Positions 26,035 through 38,300 are shown, numbered from the whole stretch's first letter. The stretch is DNA of 63,979 nt, filler included, from Chiloscyllium plagiosum (GCF_004010195.1; 4 parts of one record of this genome joined end to end with filler, not necessarily neighbours in it), one strand, 5' to 3'. Notes: a model not told the origin generated them from the sequence alone. Program-made: numbers and translations.

Positions 26035-28270
26035 AATGGATGAGTATGTTGATATTAAAAAGGGAGAGGTGTTTTGTGTCTTGAGAAACAATGAGATAGA
26101 TATGTCCCCATGGTCTGATTAGATGTATTGCAGGATACTGAAGGAGACCAGGGAGGAGATTGCTGGGGCATTGACAGAGATATTTATAACCTTTTTAGCC
26201 ACAGGTGAGGTCCAAGAGACTGGAGATTAGCCAATGTTGATCCTTGCCCAGATAGGGCAGCAGGGACAATACAGGAAATTACAGGCGGTTGAGTCTTACA
26301 TCAGTAGTAGAGAAATTATTGGAAAAGATTATTAGGGACAGGATCTGCCTGCATTTGAAAAAATAATTCACTTATTAGATATAGTCAGGATGGCTTTGGG
26401 TAAGGGAGGTCTTGTCTCATAAATTTGTTTAACTTTTTTAAGGAAGTGATGAAGTTAATTGATGAGAGTAGAGTTACTGAAATTGTTTCCATTGCCTTTA
26501 CTAAAGCATTTGACAAGTCCATCGTGGTGGGCTGGTCCAGAAGATTAAGATTAGAGTGGTGCTGGAAAAGCACAGCAGGTCAGCCAGCATCGGAGGAGCG
26601 GGAAAATCAACATTTCGGACGGGAGCCCATGAAGGGCTCCTGCCCGAAATGTCGATTTTCCTGCTCCTTGGATGCTGCCTGACCTGTTGTGCTTTTCCAG
26701 CACCACTCTAATCCTGACTCTGATCTCCAGCACCTGCAGTTCTCACTTTTGCCCAGAAGATGAAGTAATAAGGAATCCATGGTGAGTTGGTAATTTGGAC
26801 ATAAAATAGGCTTGATCATAGAAGACAGAGGGTAGTTGTGGCTAGTGTGTTTCTTATTAGAGGTCTGTGACCAGTAGTGTTCCACAAGTATCAGTTCTGG
26901 GATCTCTATTGTTCGTAGTATATGTAAATGATTTGAATAGAAGTGTATGTGATCTGATTATTAGGTTTGCAAACAGAACAAAAATTAGTGGAGTTGTGGG
27001 TAGTGACCAATGTTGTCAAATAATACAACAGGATATAGATCAGTTGGGAAGTTCGTGAGGAGAAATGGCAGATGGAGTTTAATCTGGAGAAGTGTGAGGT
27101 GATGCATTTTGGAAGGTCAAATGCAAAAGGAAAGTATATGGTAAATAGCAGGACCATTAGAGGCACTGATATACAGAGGGATCTTGGGTGCAAGTCCAGA
27201 GCTCCTTGAAGGTGACAACACAAGTGGATAAGGTGGTAAAGCAGGCATATGGTATGCCAACCTTAATTGGTAATCATGTGAATAGGAAAGGATTAGAAAA
27301 TGGACAGGAAAGTATTAGAAGGATATGGGCCAAGTGCAGGGAAATGGGGTTAGCGTGGATGGACATTTTGGTCGGTATGGACCAGTTTGGGCCAAAGGGC
27401 CTGTCTCAATGCTGTAGCACTCTATGACTCTATGGTTGGGCAATTGAGTATAAAAGTTGGCAAGTCATATTGCAGTTGTATAAAATTTTAGGCAAAAGCA
27501 AGGACTGCAGATGCAGGCAACCAGAGTTTATGGGGTTAGCGTGGATGGACATTTTGGTCAGTATGGACCAGTTTGGGCCAAAGGGCCTGTCTCAATGCTG
27601 TAGCACTCTATGACTATAAAAGTTGGCAAGTCATATTGCAGTTGTATAAAATTTTAGGCAAAAGCAAGGACTGCAGATGCAGGCAACCAGAGTTTAGATC
27701 AGAGTGGTGCTGGAAAAGCACAGCAGGACAGACAGCATCCGAGGAGCAGGAAAATTTTAGTTAGGCCATGTTTGGAGTATCGTATGTAGTTTTGGTCACC
27801 ACACAATGGGAAGGATATGGAGAGGATGCAAAAAAAGGTTTACCAGGATGTTGTCTGGTTTGGAGTGTATTGAGCTATAACGAGAGGTTGAACAAACTTG
27901 GATCACTTTTGTAAGACTGTCAGAGGCTGAGGGGCTGATAGAAGTATATAACATTATGAAATGCCAAATACTAGGGGCATTGGTTTAAGTGAGGCAAGGA
28001 AAGTTTAAAGGAGATGCGCAAGGCATGTTTTTACACAGAAGGTGATAGGTACCTAGAACTTGTTACCAGGGGAGATGGTAAAAGCAAGTTTGATAATGAG
28101 GTCTAAGAGGCATTTAGACAGGCATGGGAATAGACGAATGGCGAGATATAAACAGTGTGCAGGAAGATTGGATTACTTTAGAATGGTATCTTGATCAGCG
28201 TAGATATAGTGGGCCAAAGGGCCTGTTCTTGTCTGTACTGTCCTGTGTTCTGTGTTCTGCGTTCTATGAT
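26035..28270 (+). mobile_element. CR1 LINE ORF2 and 3' UTR with nested insertions
   Basis: VPQVSVLGSLLFVVYVNDL, QQDIDQL and QVDKVVKQAYG; tgttctg tail. Confidence 0.88.
26546..26752. mobile_element. Palindromic hammerhead-type mini-element with TSD
   Basis: TSD ccagaagat(t/g)aag at 26537-26549 and 26753-26765; centre atgaagggctcctgcccgaaatgtcg. Confidence 0.8.
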
Positions 28271-28729
28271 GTTGCAAGTGATCATTTATGGTAATTTGTC
28301 CCATTTTGTTAAAAGCACTTGAGTCAATTCTTACGTGGATTCTGCATTTCTTGCTTTTAATTACGTCACATATTGCAACACACTTCGTTCTTTACAGAAC
28401 ACTCAATTCTATTTAATAGGACACACTCTGGACAGCTCTGCCACTCTGCAGCAAGATCTTTGTTCATGCCTCCAAACATTGTAGAAGCCTCTGAATGAGC
28501 TTGCTTGTGTCTAAAAAGTTAGATGGTCAAGAAAATTATATTTTCAGCTTACTTACAGGATACATCAATCACTGTCTGAGAAGGTATGTTAATTTTAATC
28601 AGAAGTTTAATTTAACTGATTTTGTAAAAAAAATAATATTTGTGTTTATCTTTGTTTGATTCCTGTTTTATATTGTAATTGTGACTGAGCATTCAATAGG
28701 AAAGTAAATAAAATCATGCCCATATCGTA

Positions 28730-29389
28730 TCTAAACCTTTATTCATATACCTATCCAGATCCCTATTAAATGTTGTAATTGTACCGGTTTCCACCACCTC
28801 CTCTGGTAGCTCATTCCACATCACATACCACCCTCTGCGTGAAAAAGTTGCTCTTAGGTCCCTCTCACCTTAAGCCTATGCCCTCTAGTTCTGGACTCAT
28901 CCATTCCAGGGAAAATACCTTGTCTATTTACCCTATCCATGCCCCTCAGAGTACAACGGGATCTTGATCTGATGGGTCAATAGGCTGAGGAGCAGCAGAT
29001 GGACTTTAATTTAGATACATGTGAGGTGCTGTATTCTGGAAAGGCAAAAACAGGTCCTAGGGAGTGTTGCTGAACAAAGAGACCTTGGAGTGCAGGTTGA
29101 TAGCTCCTTGAAAATGGAGTCACAGGTAGATAGGATAGTGAAGAAGGCGTTTGGTATGCTTTCCTTTATTGGTCAGAGTATTGAGTACAGGAGTTGGGAG
29201 GTCATGTTGCGGCTGTACAGGACATTGGTTAGGCCACTGTTGGAATATTGCGTGCAATTCTGATCTCCTTCCTATCAGAAAGATGTTGTGAAACTTGAAA
29301 GGGTTCAGACATGATTTACAAGGATGTTGCCAGGGTTGGAGGATCTGAGCTACAGGGAGAGGCTGAACAGGCTGGGGCTGTTTTCCCTG
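28730..29389. mobile_element. CR1 fragments (minus 28730-28945, plus 28950-29389)
   Basis: QVDRIVKKAFGMLSFIGQSIEYRSWEVMLRLYRTLVRPLLEYCVQF. Confidence 0.85.
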
Positions 29390-29489
29390 NNNNNNNNNNN
29401 NNNNNNNNNNNNNNNNNNNNNNNNNNNNNNNNNTTAATTAATTAANNNNNNNNNNNNNNNNNNNNNNNNNNNNNNNNNNNNNNNNNNNN

Positions 29490-30475
29490 TTGCATTAGAG
29501 CCAGTCTCAATACCAGAAACTTGGCTGTTCGTGCTACCTTCCCCTGAGAATCCAACATCCCCTACATTTTCCAAAACAGCATACCTGTTTGAAATGGGTA
29601 TATCCACAAAAGACTCCTGCCCTAGGTGCCGACCTCTCTCACCATTCCTGGAATTAACCCATCCATGTGACTGTATCCTTAGACTTTCCCCCCTTCCTAT
29701 AACTGCCATCCATCACATACTGTTGCTGTTGCAAATTCCTCATTGCTTCTATTTGTCTCTCCAACCAATCCACTCGATCTGATAAGATTTGCATCCAACA
29801 GCATTTATGGCAGATATAATCCGCAGTAACCCTTAAACTCTCTTTAAACTCCCACATCTCACAAGAAGTACACATCACTTTTTTTGCTCCATTTTTCCTC
29901 CTTCACAATCTACAGACCCAGAAAATAGCACTGTCTTATTCCTCTACAGACACTGCCCCAGGTTAAATTAATAGCTATGGCTTATATTTTAAGTTTAATC
30001 AAGAGTCTTATCTCCAAAAACATATATTCAAGAAAGAATCCACTATACTCACTACTGCAGCCTTTCTCTTGGACAGACTTAAAACAACAATTAACTTATC
30101 TGATGCTGTGCTGTGAAATTCGCCCAACAGTTCCTCCAAGATTAGTTGTGAATTTCACTGTTTGTTAATTTTCCCAGATGCACTCTGATGTCCAGCGATA
30201 TACAAATTCAAACAGCAAAGGCAGTAACTGTGCAGGTTCTCTCTCTCTCTCTCCTGCACTGTCCTCACCATGTGCTTCCGTTGTCTGCTCTTTTCCCTTT
30301 TAAACTGCTGTTGTTTTGACTTTTTTTCCCAAAGTTCCAAAACAATGCAACAGCATATAAAACAGTAATTGCTGCTCCTGGAATTCGAGGAAATCACCTC
30401 CAACACCTTAAATACCTCAAAAAAAGGAGCAGCTCTTACAGCAGAAATTTTTCCTGTCCTCCATCTTGGATTACC
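29490..30475 (-). mobile_element. CR1 5' end: 5' UTR and ORF1 zinc-finger/leucine zipper
   Basis: CTSCEMWEF..DYICHKC..LSDRVDWLERQIEAMR and IPISNRYAVLE. Confidence 0.8.
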
Positions 30476-30784
30476 TTATCTAAACCAGAAAACATTTGTT
30501 CACTGCCACTCTCTGTTTCCAATTCATCTGATTTCTGATCAGTTCTAATTCCTTACCTTTTAATATGTGAGCTTAATTTTTTTGCTGACAAGTCCACATG
30601 GCACTTTATCAAACATCGTTTGGAAGTCTAAATATACCATCATCTGTATTCATTACTCAGAGTAGGTATCTCTGTTACCATAACAACCTGTGAGAGTTCA
30701 TAGTTCACAGAGAGGTATTGATAGGTTAAGTAAATGGTCAAAAAGCTGGCAAATGGAATATAATTGTAAAAGTTTGAATAATAA

Positions 30785-31050
30785 ATCATAGAATCCCTGC
30801 AGTGTGGAAAGAGGCCATTCAGTCCATCGAGTCTGCACCGACCCTCTGAAAAGGATCCCATCTAGATCAAACCCCAATACAATCCCTGTAACCCTGCATT
30901 TTACAACGGTTAACCCACCTAACCTGCTCTTCCCTAGACACTACAGGGCAATTTAGCATGACCAATCTACCTTACCTGCTCATTTTTGGACTGTGGGAGG
31001 AAACTGGGACACCCAGAAGAAACTCATACAAACATTGGGAGAACACGAGA
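30785..31050 (-). mobile_element. HE1/V-SINE
   Basis: Reverse complement of the V-domain (gtttcctcccacagtccaaa...atgctaaattgccc). Confidence 0.75.
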
Positions 31051-31134
31051 TTGTTGTTCATTTTGGAAAGGTGAACAAAAGAACAGGATATTATTTAAAT
31101 GTAGAAAAACTGCAGAAAGCTGAAATGCAAAGGG

Positions 31135-32050
31135 CGTCATTTATATGAATGATTTGGATGTGAACATAGGAGGTATAGTTAGTAAATTTGCAGATGACAC
31201 CAAAATTGGAGGGGTAGTGGACAGCGAAGAAAGTTACCTCAGATTACAACAGGATCTTGATCAGATGGGCCCTTGGCCCAAGGAGTTGTACATGGAATTT
31301 AATTTAGATAAATGTGAGGTGCTGCATTTTGGAAAGGCAAATCAAGGCAGAACTTATACATTTAATGGTAAGGTCCTGGGGAAATTTTGTTGAATAGAGA
31401 CCTTAGAGTGCAGGTTCATAGTTCCTTGAGCATTGAGTAAAGGAGTTGGAAGGTCATATTGCAGCTGGACAGGACATTAATTAGGCCATGTTTGGAATAT
31501 TGCATACAGTTCTGGTCTCCCTGCTATTGGAAGGATGCTGTGAAAATTGAAAGGGTTCAGAAAAGATTTACAATGCTGTTGCCAGGGTTGGAGCATTGAG
31601 TTATAGGGAGAGGCTGAATAGGCTGGGGCTGTTTTTGCTGGAGCGTGGGAGGCTGAGGGGTGATCTTATAGAGGTTTATAAAATCATGAGGGGCATGGAT
31701 AGAGTGAATAGATAAGGCACTTTCCCAGGGGTGGGTGAGTCCACAACTAGAGGGCATAGGTTTAGGGTGAGGGAAAAAGATTTAAAAGAGATCTAAGGGG
31801 CAACTGTTTCACACAGAGGGTGGTGCGTGTATGGAATGAACTGCCAGTGGAAATGGTGGCAGCTGGTACAATTACAACATTTAAAAGGCATCTGGATGGG
31901 TATATGAATAAGAAGGGTTAAGAAGGATATGGGCTAAGTGCTGGCAAATGGGACTAGATTAATTTAGGATATTTGGTCGGCATGGATGGATTGGGCCAGA
32001 GGGTCTGTTTCTGTGCTGTACATCTCTATGGCTCTTACGACTCTATGACT
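31135..32050 (+). mobile_element. CR1 LINE 3' portion, nested in an older CR1
   Basis: NDLDVNIGGIVSKFADDTK; 3' UTR with ctatgact tail. Confidence 0.9.
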
Positions 32051-32177
32051 TGTATACGAGGCACAGAAAGCTCACATACGGGAGCAGCAGGTAATCAGGA
32101 CGGCTAATGGAATGTTGGCCCTTATTTCAAGGTGGTTGGAGTAAAAGAGTAGGGAAGTCTTACTGTAACAGTAAGTC

Positions 32178-32270
32178 ACTTCACCTGAGGAAGCTGCAGC
32201 ACTCCAAAAGCTTGGATTTCAAATAAACCTTTTGGACTATAACCTGCTGTTGTGTGACTTCTGACTTTGT
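32178..32270 (+). mobile_element. Single arm of Penelope-derived element with degenerate hammerhead
   Basis: cctgaggaagctgcagcactccaaaagcttg...aataaacc...ggactataacctg. Confidence 0.6.
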
Positions 32271-32421
32271 AAGTGTCCAAGGTGTGGTAAGACCACATCT
32301 GGAGTACTGTGAGTAGTTTTAGTCCCCATATTTATGGTAAGCTATTATTGCACTGGGGGCAGTTCACAAAAGGTTCAGTAGGATGATCCCTGGTTTAGAC
32401 AGGGATATATATATATATATA

Positions 32422-32740
32422 TATCACTAGACTATTAACCCAGAGTCCAGGTAATATCCCAGGGATCCATGTTCAAATCCTGCATGGCAAATCCAATAAA
32501 AAGCTGGGATAAGAAGTCTAATGATAACCTTGAAACTGTTGCTAATTTTCTGAAAAGACCCATCTGGTTGAATAATGCCCTTTTGGAAGGAAATCTGCCA
32601 TGATTATCTTGTCTGGCCTACGTGTAACTCCAAACCCATAGCAACGTGGTTGATTCTTAACTGCCCCCTGGGCAATTAGGAATGGGCAACAAATACTGAC
32701 TGAGCCAGCAACATCCACATCCCGTGAATGAATAAAAAAT
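32422..32740 (+). mobile_element. tRNA-derived SINE
   Basis: gttcaaatcc B-box-like motif, cccatctggtt...ggaaggaaatctgcc, and gaatgaataaaaaa tail. Confidence 0.7.
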
Positions 32741-33156
32741 GGCGAAGCAAAGATCTGATAGAATATTTCAAAATCTTCGAAATAGATGTGGGGATAAGGA
32801 AGAAACTGTCCTTATTTTAAAAGTATCAATAAGGTAGAAGATACAGATTTAAAGTAATATGCAAATGTAACAAATGTGATGTGACAAATATCTTTTTCAC
32901 ACAATGAGATTTTCTGGTTTAGAATGCACTCCTTGGAAATTTGGTGGAGATGGAGACAATTGAGATATTCAGTAGGGTTTCAATGATTACTTGAAGAGAG
33001 CAACATGAAAGGGTACAGGGAAAAGACAAGGGTTTGACACTAAGTCATAATGATCCTTTGAGGCATGCTGGGATGAATGGCCTCCTCTGTTGCATCACTT
33101 CTGTGATTCTGTGACTGGTACCATACGGCACAGGCGGAACATGCTCAAACTCAAAG

Positions 33157-35200
33157 GAACATAGAACAATACAGCGCAGAACAGGCCCTTCAGCCCTCGA
33201 TGTTGTGCCAACCTGTGAACTAATCTAAGCCATCCCCTTATACTATCCCATCATCATCCATATGCTTATCCAAGAATTGTTTAAATGTCCCTAATATGGC
33301 TGAGTTAACTACATTGGCAGGTAGGGCATTCCATGCCCCTACGAGGCTCTGAGTGAAGAACCTGTCTCTGATATCTATCTTAAATCTATCACCCCTCAAT
33401 TTGCAGCTATGTCCCCTCATACAAGCTGACATCATCATCCGAGGAAAAAGACTCTCACTGTCCACCCTGTCTAATCCTGTAATCATCTTGTATGTCTCTA
33501 TTAAATCGTCTCTTAGCCTTCTTCTCTCCAATGAGAACAGACCCAAGTCCCTCAGACTTTCCTCATAAGACCTTCCCTCCAGACCAGGCAATATTCTGGT
33601 GAATCTCCTCTGCACCTTTTCCAATGCTTCCACATCCTTCCTGTAATGGGATGACCAGAACTGTACACAATATTCCAAGTACGGCCGCACCAGCGTTTTG
33701 TAAAGTTGCAGCATGACATCATGGCTCCAGAACTCAATCCCTCTCCCAATAAAACCTATCACACTGTATGCCTTCGAAACAGCATTATCAACTTGGGTGG
33801 CAACTTTCAGGGATCTATATACATGGACAACAGGATCCCTCTGCACATCCACATTATCAAGAATCTTTCCATTGTCCCAGTACACTGCCTTCCTGTTATT
33901 TTTCGCAAAGTGAATCACCTCACATTTAGCTGCATTGAACTCCATTTGCCACCTCTCAGCCCAATTCTGCAGTTTATCCAAGTCCCCCTCCAACCTGCAA
34001 CATTCTTTCATATTGTCCACTACTCCACCGACTTTAATGTCATCTACAAATTTACTAACCCATTTACCTATGCCTGCGTCCAAGTCATTTATAAAAATGA
34101 CAAACAGCAGTGGTTCCCAAAACAGATCCTTGTGACACACACTAGTAGCCGGACTCCAGGCTGAATATTTTCCATCAACCGCCACTTGCTGCCTTCTTTC
34201 AGATAGCCAGTTTCTAATCCAAACTGCTAAACCACCCTCAATCCCATGCCTCTGCATTTTCTCCATCAGCCTACCATGTGGAACCTTATCAAAGGCATTA
34301 CTGAAGTCCATGTACACCACGTCAACTGCCCTACTCTCATCTACATGCTTGGTCACCTTCTCAGAAAACTCAATGAGGTTTGTGAGTCATGACCTGCCCT
34401 TGACGAAACCATGTTGACTATTTCCAATCAAACTGTTGCTTGCTAGATGATTATAAACCCTATCTCTTAAACTTTCAAAAACGTTTCCTGCAACAGATGT
34501 AAGGCTCACTGGTCTATAATTACCTGGGTCATCTCTACTGCCCTTCTTGAACAAGGGCACAACATTTGCAATCCTCCAGTTCTCTGGTACTAAACCTGTA
34601 GATCATGATGACTCAAAGATCTAGGCCAAAGGCTCCGCTAACTCCTCCCTAGCTTCCCAGAGGATCCTTGGATAAATCCCATCCAGCCCAGGGGACTTAT
34701 CTACTTTCACACATTCTAGAATTGTAACATCTTCTCCTTAGTAAACTCAATCCTTTCTAGTCTAATAGCCTGTATCTCAGTCTTCTCCTCTACAATATTC
34801 TCCTTTTCCTGAGTGAAAACCAATGAGAAATGTTCGTTTAGTACCTCTCCGATCTCCACAGGGTCCACACTAAACTTCCCACTTCTGTCTTTGACTGGCC
34901 CTATTCCTACCCTAGTCATCCTTTTATTCCTCACATATCTATAGAAAGCTTTAGGGTTCTCCTTTATTCTACCTGCTAAAGACTGCTCATATCCACTCCT
35001 TGCTCTTCTTAAATCCTTCCTAGCTTAACTGTACCTCTCCATCGCCTCGACTGAACCATCTTGTTTCAACGTCACATAAGCCTCTCTCTTCTGCTTAACA
35101 AGAGATACAATTTCTTTAGTAAACTATGGTTCCCTTACCTTATCACTTCCTTCCTGCCTGACAGGGACATACCTATCAAAGACACACAATATCTGTTCCT
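33157..35200 (-). mobile_element. Relatively young CR1 LINE (RT region; 372-aa open stretch 33238-34356)
   Basis: DVVYMDFSNAFDKVPH, FINDLD, KFVDD and FFTQSLVGAWNALP. Compensating frameshifts at the PQGS motif, so not a functional RT. Confidence 0.93.
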
Positions 35201-35249
35201 TAAACCAGCTCCACCTTTCAATTGTCCCCATCCCCTGCATTTTGCTACA

Positions 35250-35460
35250 CCATTCTAATGAATACTAATGAGCAACTCCACAGAGGTTGGTATCCATCAC
35301 CAAGACATTCTTTATTTCCTGATGAACAATTCTTGACTTTAGTACAGACTCTTCACAGTCAGCTCTTAGAGTGTCAGTATCTCTGACACTCTCTTTTTTA
35401 TATGCCAGCCAGGGTCCCTGACTGAATCAGATTAAAAACCCTAAACAGGGAACTAATTTG
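35250..35460 (-). mobile_element. Solo LTR remnant related to the 25930-26026 LTR
   Basis: Reverse complement contains aataaagaatgtcttggtgatggatacc, similar to aataaaagggtgatttggtgacaggatacc. Confidence 0.4.
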
Positions 35461-35820
35461 AGTTAATTCAATTTTTGATTTGATTTATTATTGTTACATG
35501 CACCTCAGTAGAGTATTGTGTGCAGTACTGGTCTTCTTCTCTGAAGAAAGATATCCTGGCTCAGGAGGCTGTGCAACAAACATTTACCAGACTGATTCCT
35601 AGGACAACAAGATTTACGGATGAGGAGAGGTTGAATTGATTAAAACTTTATTTGCTGGAGATCAGTGGTGGATCTCATAGAAACCGATAAAATTTTAACA
35701 GGATTGGACAGGGAAGATGCAGGAATGATGTTCCAATAACCGGGAAGTCAAGAGCCAGGGGTCACAGTCTAAGAATTTGGAATAGGCTGAGATGAGGGAT
35801 TTGCTATCACAGAAATCTGA

Positions 35821-36040
35821 TTTGGAGATGCCGGTGTTGGACTGGGGTGTACCAAGTTAAAAAATCACATAACACCAGGTTATAGTCCAACAGGTTTAAT
35901 TGGAAGCACTAGGTTTTGGAGCGACGCTCCTTCATCAGGTGGTTGTGTGACACAATGACCTGATGAAGGAGCAGCGCTCCGAAAGCTAGTGCTTCCAACT
36001 AAACCTGTTGGACTATAACCTGGTGTTGTGTGATTTTTAA
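35821..36040. mobile_element. Palindromic Penelope-derived mini-element, second family, with TSD
   Basis: Arms about 35858-35945 and 35952-36040. TSD acagaaat(c/t)tga at 35809-35820 and 36040-36051. Confidence 0.85.
35960..35988 (+). ncRNA. Minimal hammerhead ribozyme motif
   Basis: CTGATGA-a-ggagc-agc-gctcc-GAAAGCTA, with palindromic AGCT in place of stem III. Confidence 0.65.
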
Positions 36041-36174
36041 CAGAAATTTGAACCATCTTCTGCCTTGATGTCCATTCAGTTTACCTGTCCATACCTCTTT
36101 GTAGTCTCTTTGTGTCTGACTTACAAGTCACATTGCAACTTAGCTGTATGATGAACTCATGGGAAATGTTTCAG

Positions 36175-36860
36175 TAATATTGTGTTCAATTCTGGTCACC
36201 ACATTACAGGAAGGATGTGGAGGCTTTGAAGAGGGTGCAGAAGAGGTTTACCAAGATATTGCCTGGATTAAAGCGTATGAGCTATGAGGAGAGGCTAGAA
36301 AAACTCTGGTACTTTTCTCCGGAGTGGTGGAGGCTGAGGGGAGACTTGATAGAAGTCTGTAAAATTATGATATGCATGGACAAGATTGACAGTTAGAATA
36401 TTTTTCCCAAAGTTGAAATGTCTAATACTAGGGGGCATGCATTTTAGATGAGGGGGAGTTCAAAGGAGGTGTGAGGGGCAAGATTTTTATACAGTGATGA
36501 TAGGAGTCTGGTATGCACTGCCAGGGATGGTGGTGCAGGCGGATATTATAATGGGGTTTAAGGGGCTTTTAGATGAGCACATGAATATGCAAGGAATGGA
36601 GGGATATAGATCATGGGCAGACAGAAGGGATTAGTTTAATTTGGCATCATGTTCAGCAGAAAGTGCCAAATGACCCGTCCCTGTGCTGTACGGTTCTATT
36701 CAACAGAATTGAGAGTTATGCAGAAAGAGGGGGAGGAGCGTGAGAATGAGACTGACAGGAAATGGCCTTCAGAGCCACCAGCCTTGAATTTATTGAGTGG
36801 CATGACAGGCTTGAAGGGCCAAATGGTCGACTCCTGCTCATAAGCCCTTTGTTCCTGTGT
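36175..36860 (+). mobile_element. CR1 3' fragments
   Basis: YCVQFWSPHYRKDVEALKRVQKRFT and 3' UTRs. Confidence 0.8.
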
Positions 36861-37009
36861 GCATTTGGTTTCTCTATGTGTGCCTAGTTACAAAGTTTCT
36901 TAAAAGATCATAAATTGGCTTTATTCTGATTCTTCAGTTACAGCTAATTTGCTTTTGGAAAGAGACTTGAGACAAATCGAACAAGCTGTTTGACAATTAT
37001 GCTGATCAT

Positions 37010-37101
37010 TCCTGATGAAGGGCTTTAGCCTGAAACGTCGAGTTTCCTGCTCCTCGGATGTTGCCTGACCTGCTGTGCTTTTCCAGCACCACTCCGATCT
37101 A
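37010..37101 (+). mobile_element. Single-arm hammerhead mini-element upstream of CXCR copy 1
   Basis: CTGATGA...GAAACGTC at 37012-37039. 15-bp TSD aattatgctg(a/g)tcat. Absent at the paralogous site 40830-40844. Confidence 0.85.
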
Positions 37102-37238
37102 AATTATGCTGGTCATGCTGAAGTTGATGATGATTGAAACACATTTTCCCGTACTTTCACCAGAAACAAATCAATGAATGCAACACTGGCTATTATCTAT
37201 AGATTGTTCTCACTCCCTGATCTTCTTTCTTTCAGAAA

Positions 37239-38300
37239 ATGGACATCAAGCAGTTTGAATTTGGAGATATTGACTTTGGTGATTTATTTGAAAATTATAC
37301 AAATAATTATGATGGTTACAAAATTGATTCAGACACGTCGCCCTGTACTTCTGTCGTGAATGAGTCAATCAACACAGCTCTGGCTGTTATCTATAGCCTG
37401 GTGTGCTTCCTCGCTGTGACAGGGAATATTATTGTAATGACTGTCCTACTTTATAATCGATGGACCATCTCATCCACAGACATCTACCTGCTTCATCTGG
37501 CAGTGGCTGATCTGCTCTTTGCCGTGACCTTGCCTTTTTGGGCAGTGGATGCCGTATCTGGCTGGGTGTTTGGTGATGCCATGTGTAAAATTATCAGCAT
37601 GTTACAGGAGATTAACTTCTACAGTGGGATTTTATTGCTGGCTTGTATCAGTATTGATCGCTATCTGTCCATTGTCTATGCTACACAATCCCACAAGCAG
37701 AAGAGACCATTTATAATTATGCTGGTTTGTGCTACTGTTTGGTTGCTGGCTATGGTTCTGTCTTTATCAGTTTTATACAAGGGTGAATATGCTCCACCTG
37801 GTTCCAACAGACAGATGTGTTATGAGACACTTGATGGAGAATCAGCAAAAACGTGGAGAATAATCACCAGATTTTTGCGGCATTTTATTGGGTTTCTTAT
37901 CCCTCTGGTTGCCATGGTATTCTGCTACAGTGCGACAATCCAGAAATTGTGTCAAACGAAGGGATTTCGGAAACATAAAGCCATGAAAGTCATCATCGTG
38001 GTGGTGTTGGCTTTTCTCATTTGTTGGTTCCCACACAATATTACGGTATTCATCGACACACTGATGAGGAGCAAACTCATTGCTGAGACTTGTGAGAAGC
38101 GTAATCACATTGACAGAGCTCTCATTGTAACTCAAAGTTTGGGATTCTTGCACAGCTGCATTAACCCAATCATATATGGGTTTATTGGGGTGAAATTCAG
38201 GAGGCATCTGGTCAAACTCTTGGTTACAAAAGGAATCATGAAGCAAAGCAATGATTCACGATATATGAGATCTGCATCCTCTTCCTCAACTGTCATGTAG
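37239..38300 (+). CDS. CXCR1/CXCR2: C-X-C chemokine receptor type 1/2-like (IL-8 receptor family), 353 aa
   Basis: Seven-TM ORF: acidic N-terminus with Tyr and PC, TDIYLLHLAVADLLFAVTLPFWA, ISIDRYLSIV, KHKAMKVI, CWFPHN, HSCINPIIYGFIGVKFRR, Ser-rich tail. Splice acceptor ttctttctttcag lies 3 nt before the ATG. CXCR1 versus CXCR2 cannot be resolved by eye. Confidence 0.92.
   Translation: MDIKQFEFGDIDFGDLFENYTNNYDGYKIDSDTSPCTSVVNESINTALAVIYSLVCFLAVTGNIIVMTVLLYNRWTISSTDIYLLHLAVADLLFAVTLPFWAVDAVSGWVFGDAMCKIISMLQEINFYSGILLLACISIDRYLSIVYATQSHKQKRPFIIMLVCATVWLLAMVLSLSVLYKGEYAPPGSNRQMCYETLDGESAKTWRIITRFLRHFIGFLIPLVAMVFCYSATIQKLCQTKGFRKHKAMKVIIVVVLAFLICWFPHNITVFIDTLMRSKLIAETCEKRNHIDRALIVTQSLGFLHSCINPIIYGFIGVKFRRHLVKLLVTKGIMKQSNDSRYMRSASSSSTVM

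Noticed and set aside
29434..29445. TTAATTAATTAA palindrome between N-runs (also 39517-39528 and 60386-60397)
   Set aside because: Identical six-frame-stop spacer flanked symmetrically by Ns; a scaffolding artefact, not biology.
33238..34356. 372-aa RT ORF as an active or domesticated gene
   Set aside because: 5'-truncated CR1, with the PQGS motif scrambled by compensating frameshifts and the upstream ORF2 broken.
37842..38246. Antisense ORF overlapping CXCR
   Set aside because: Shadow ORF with no recognisable motif.
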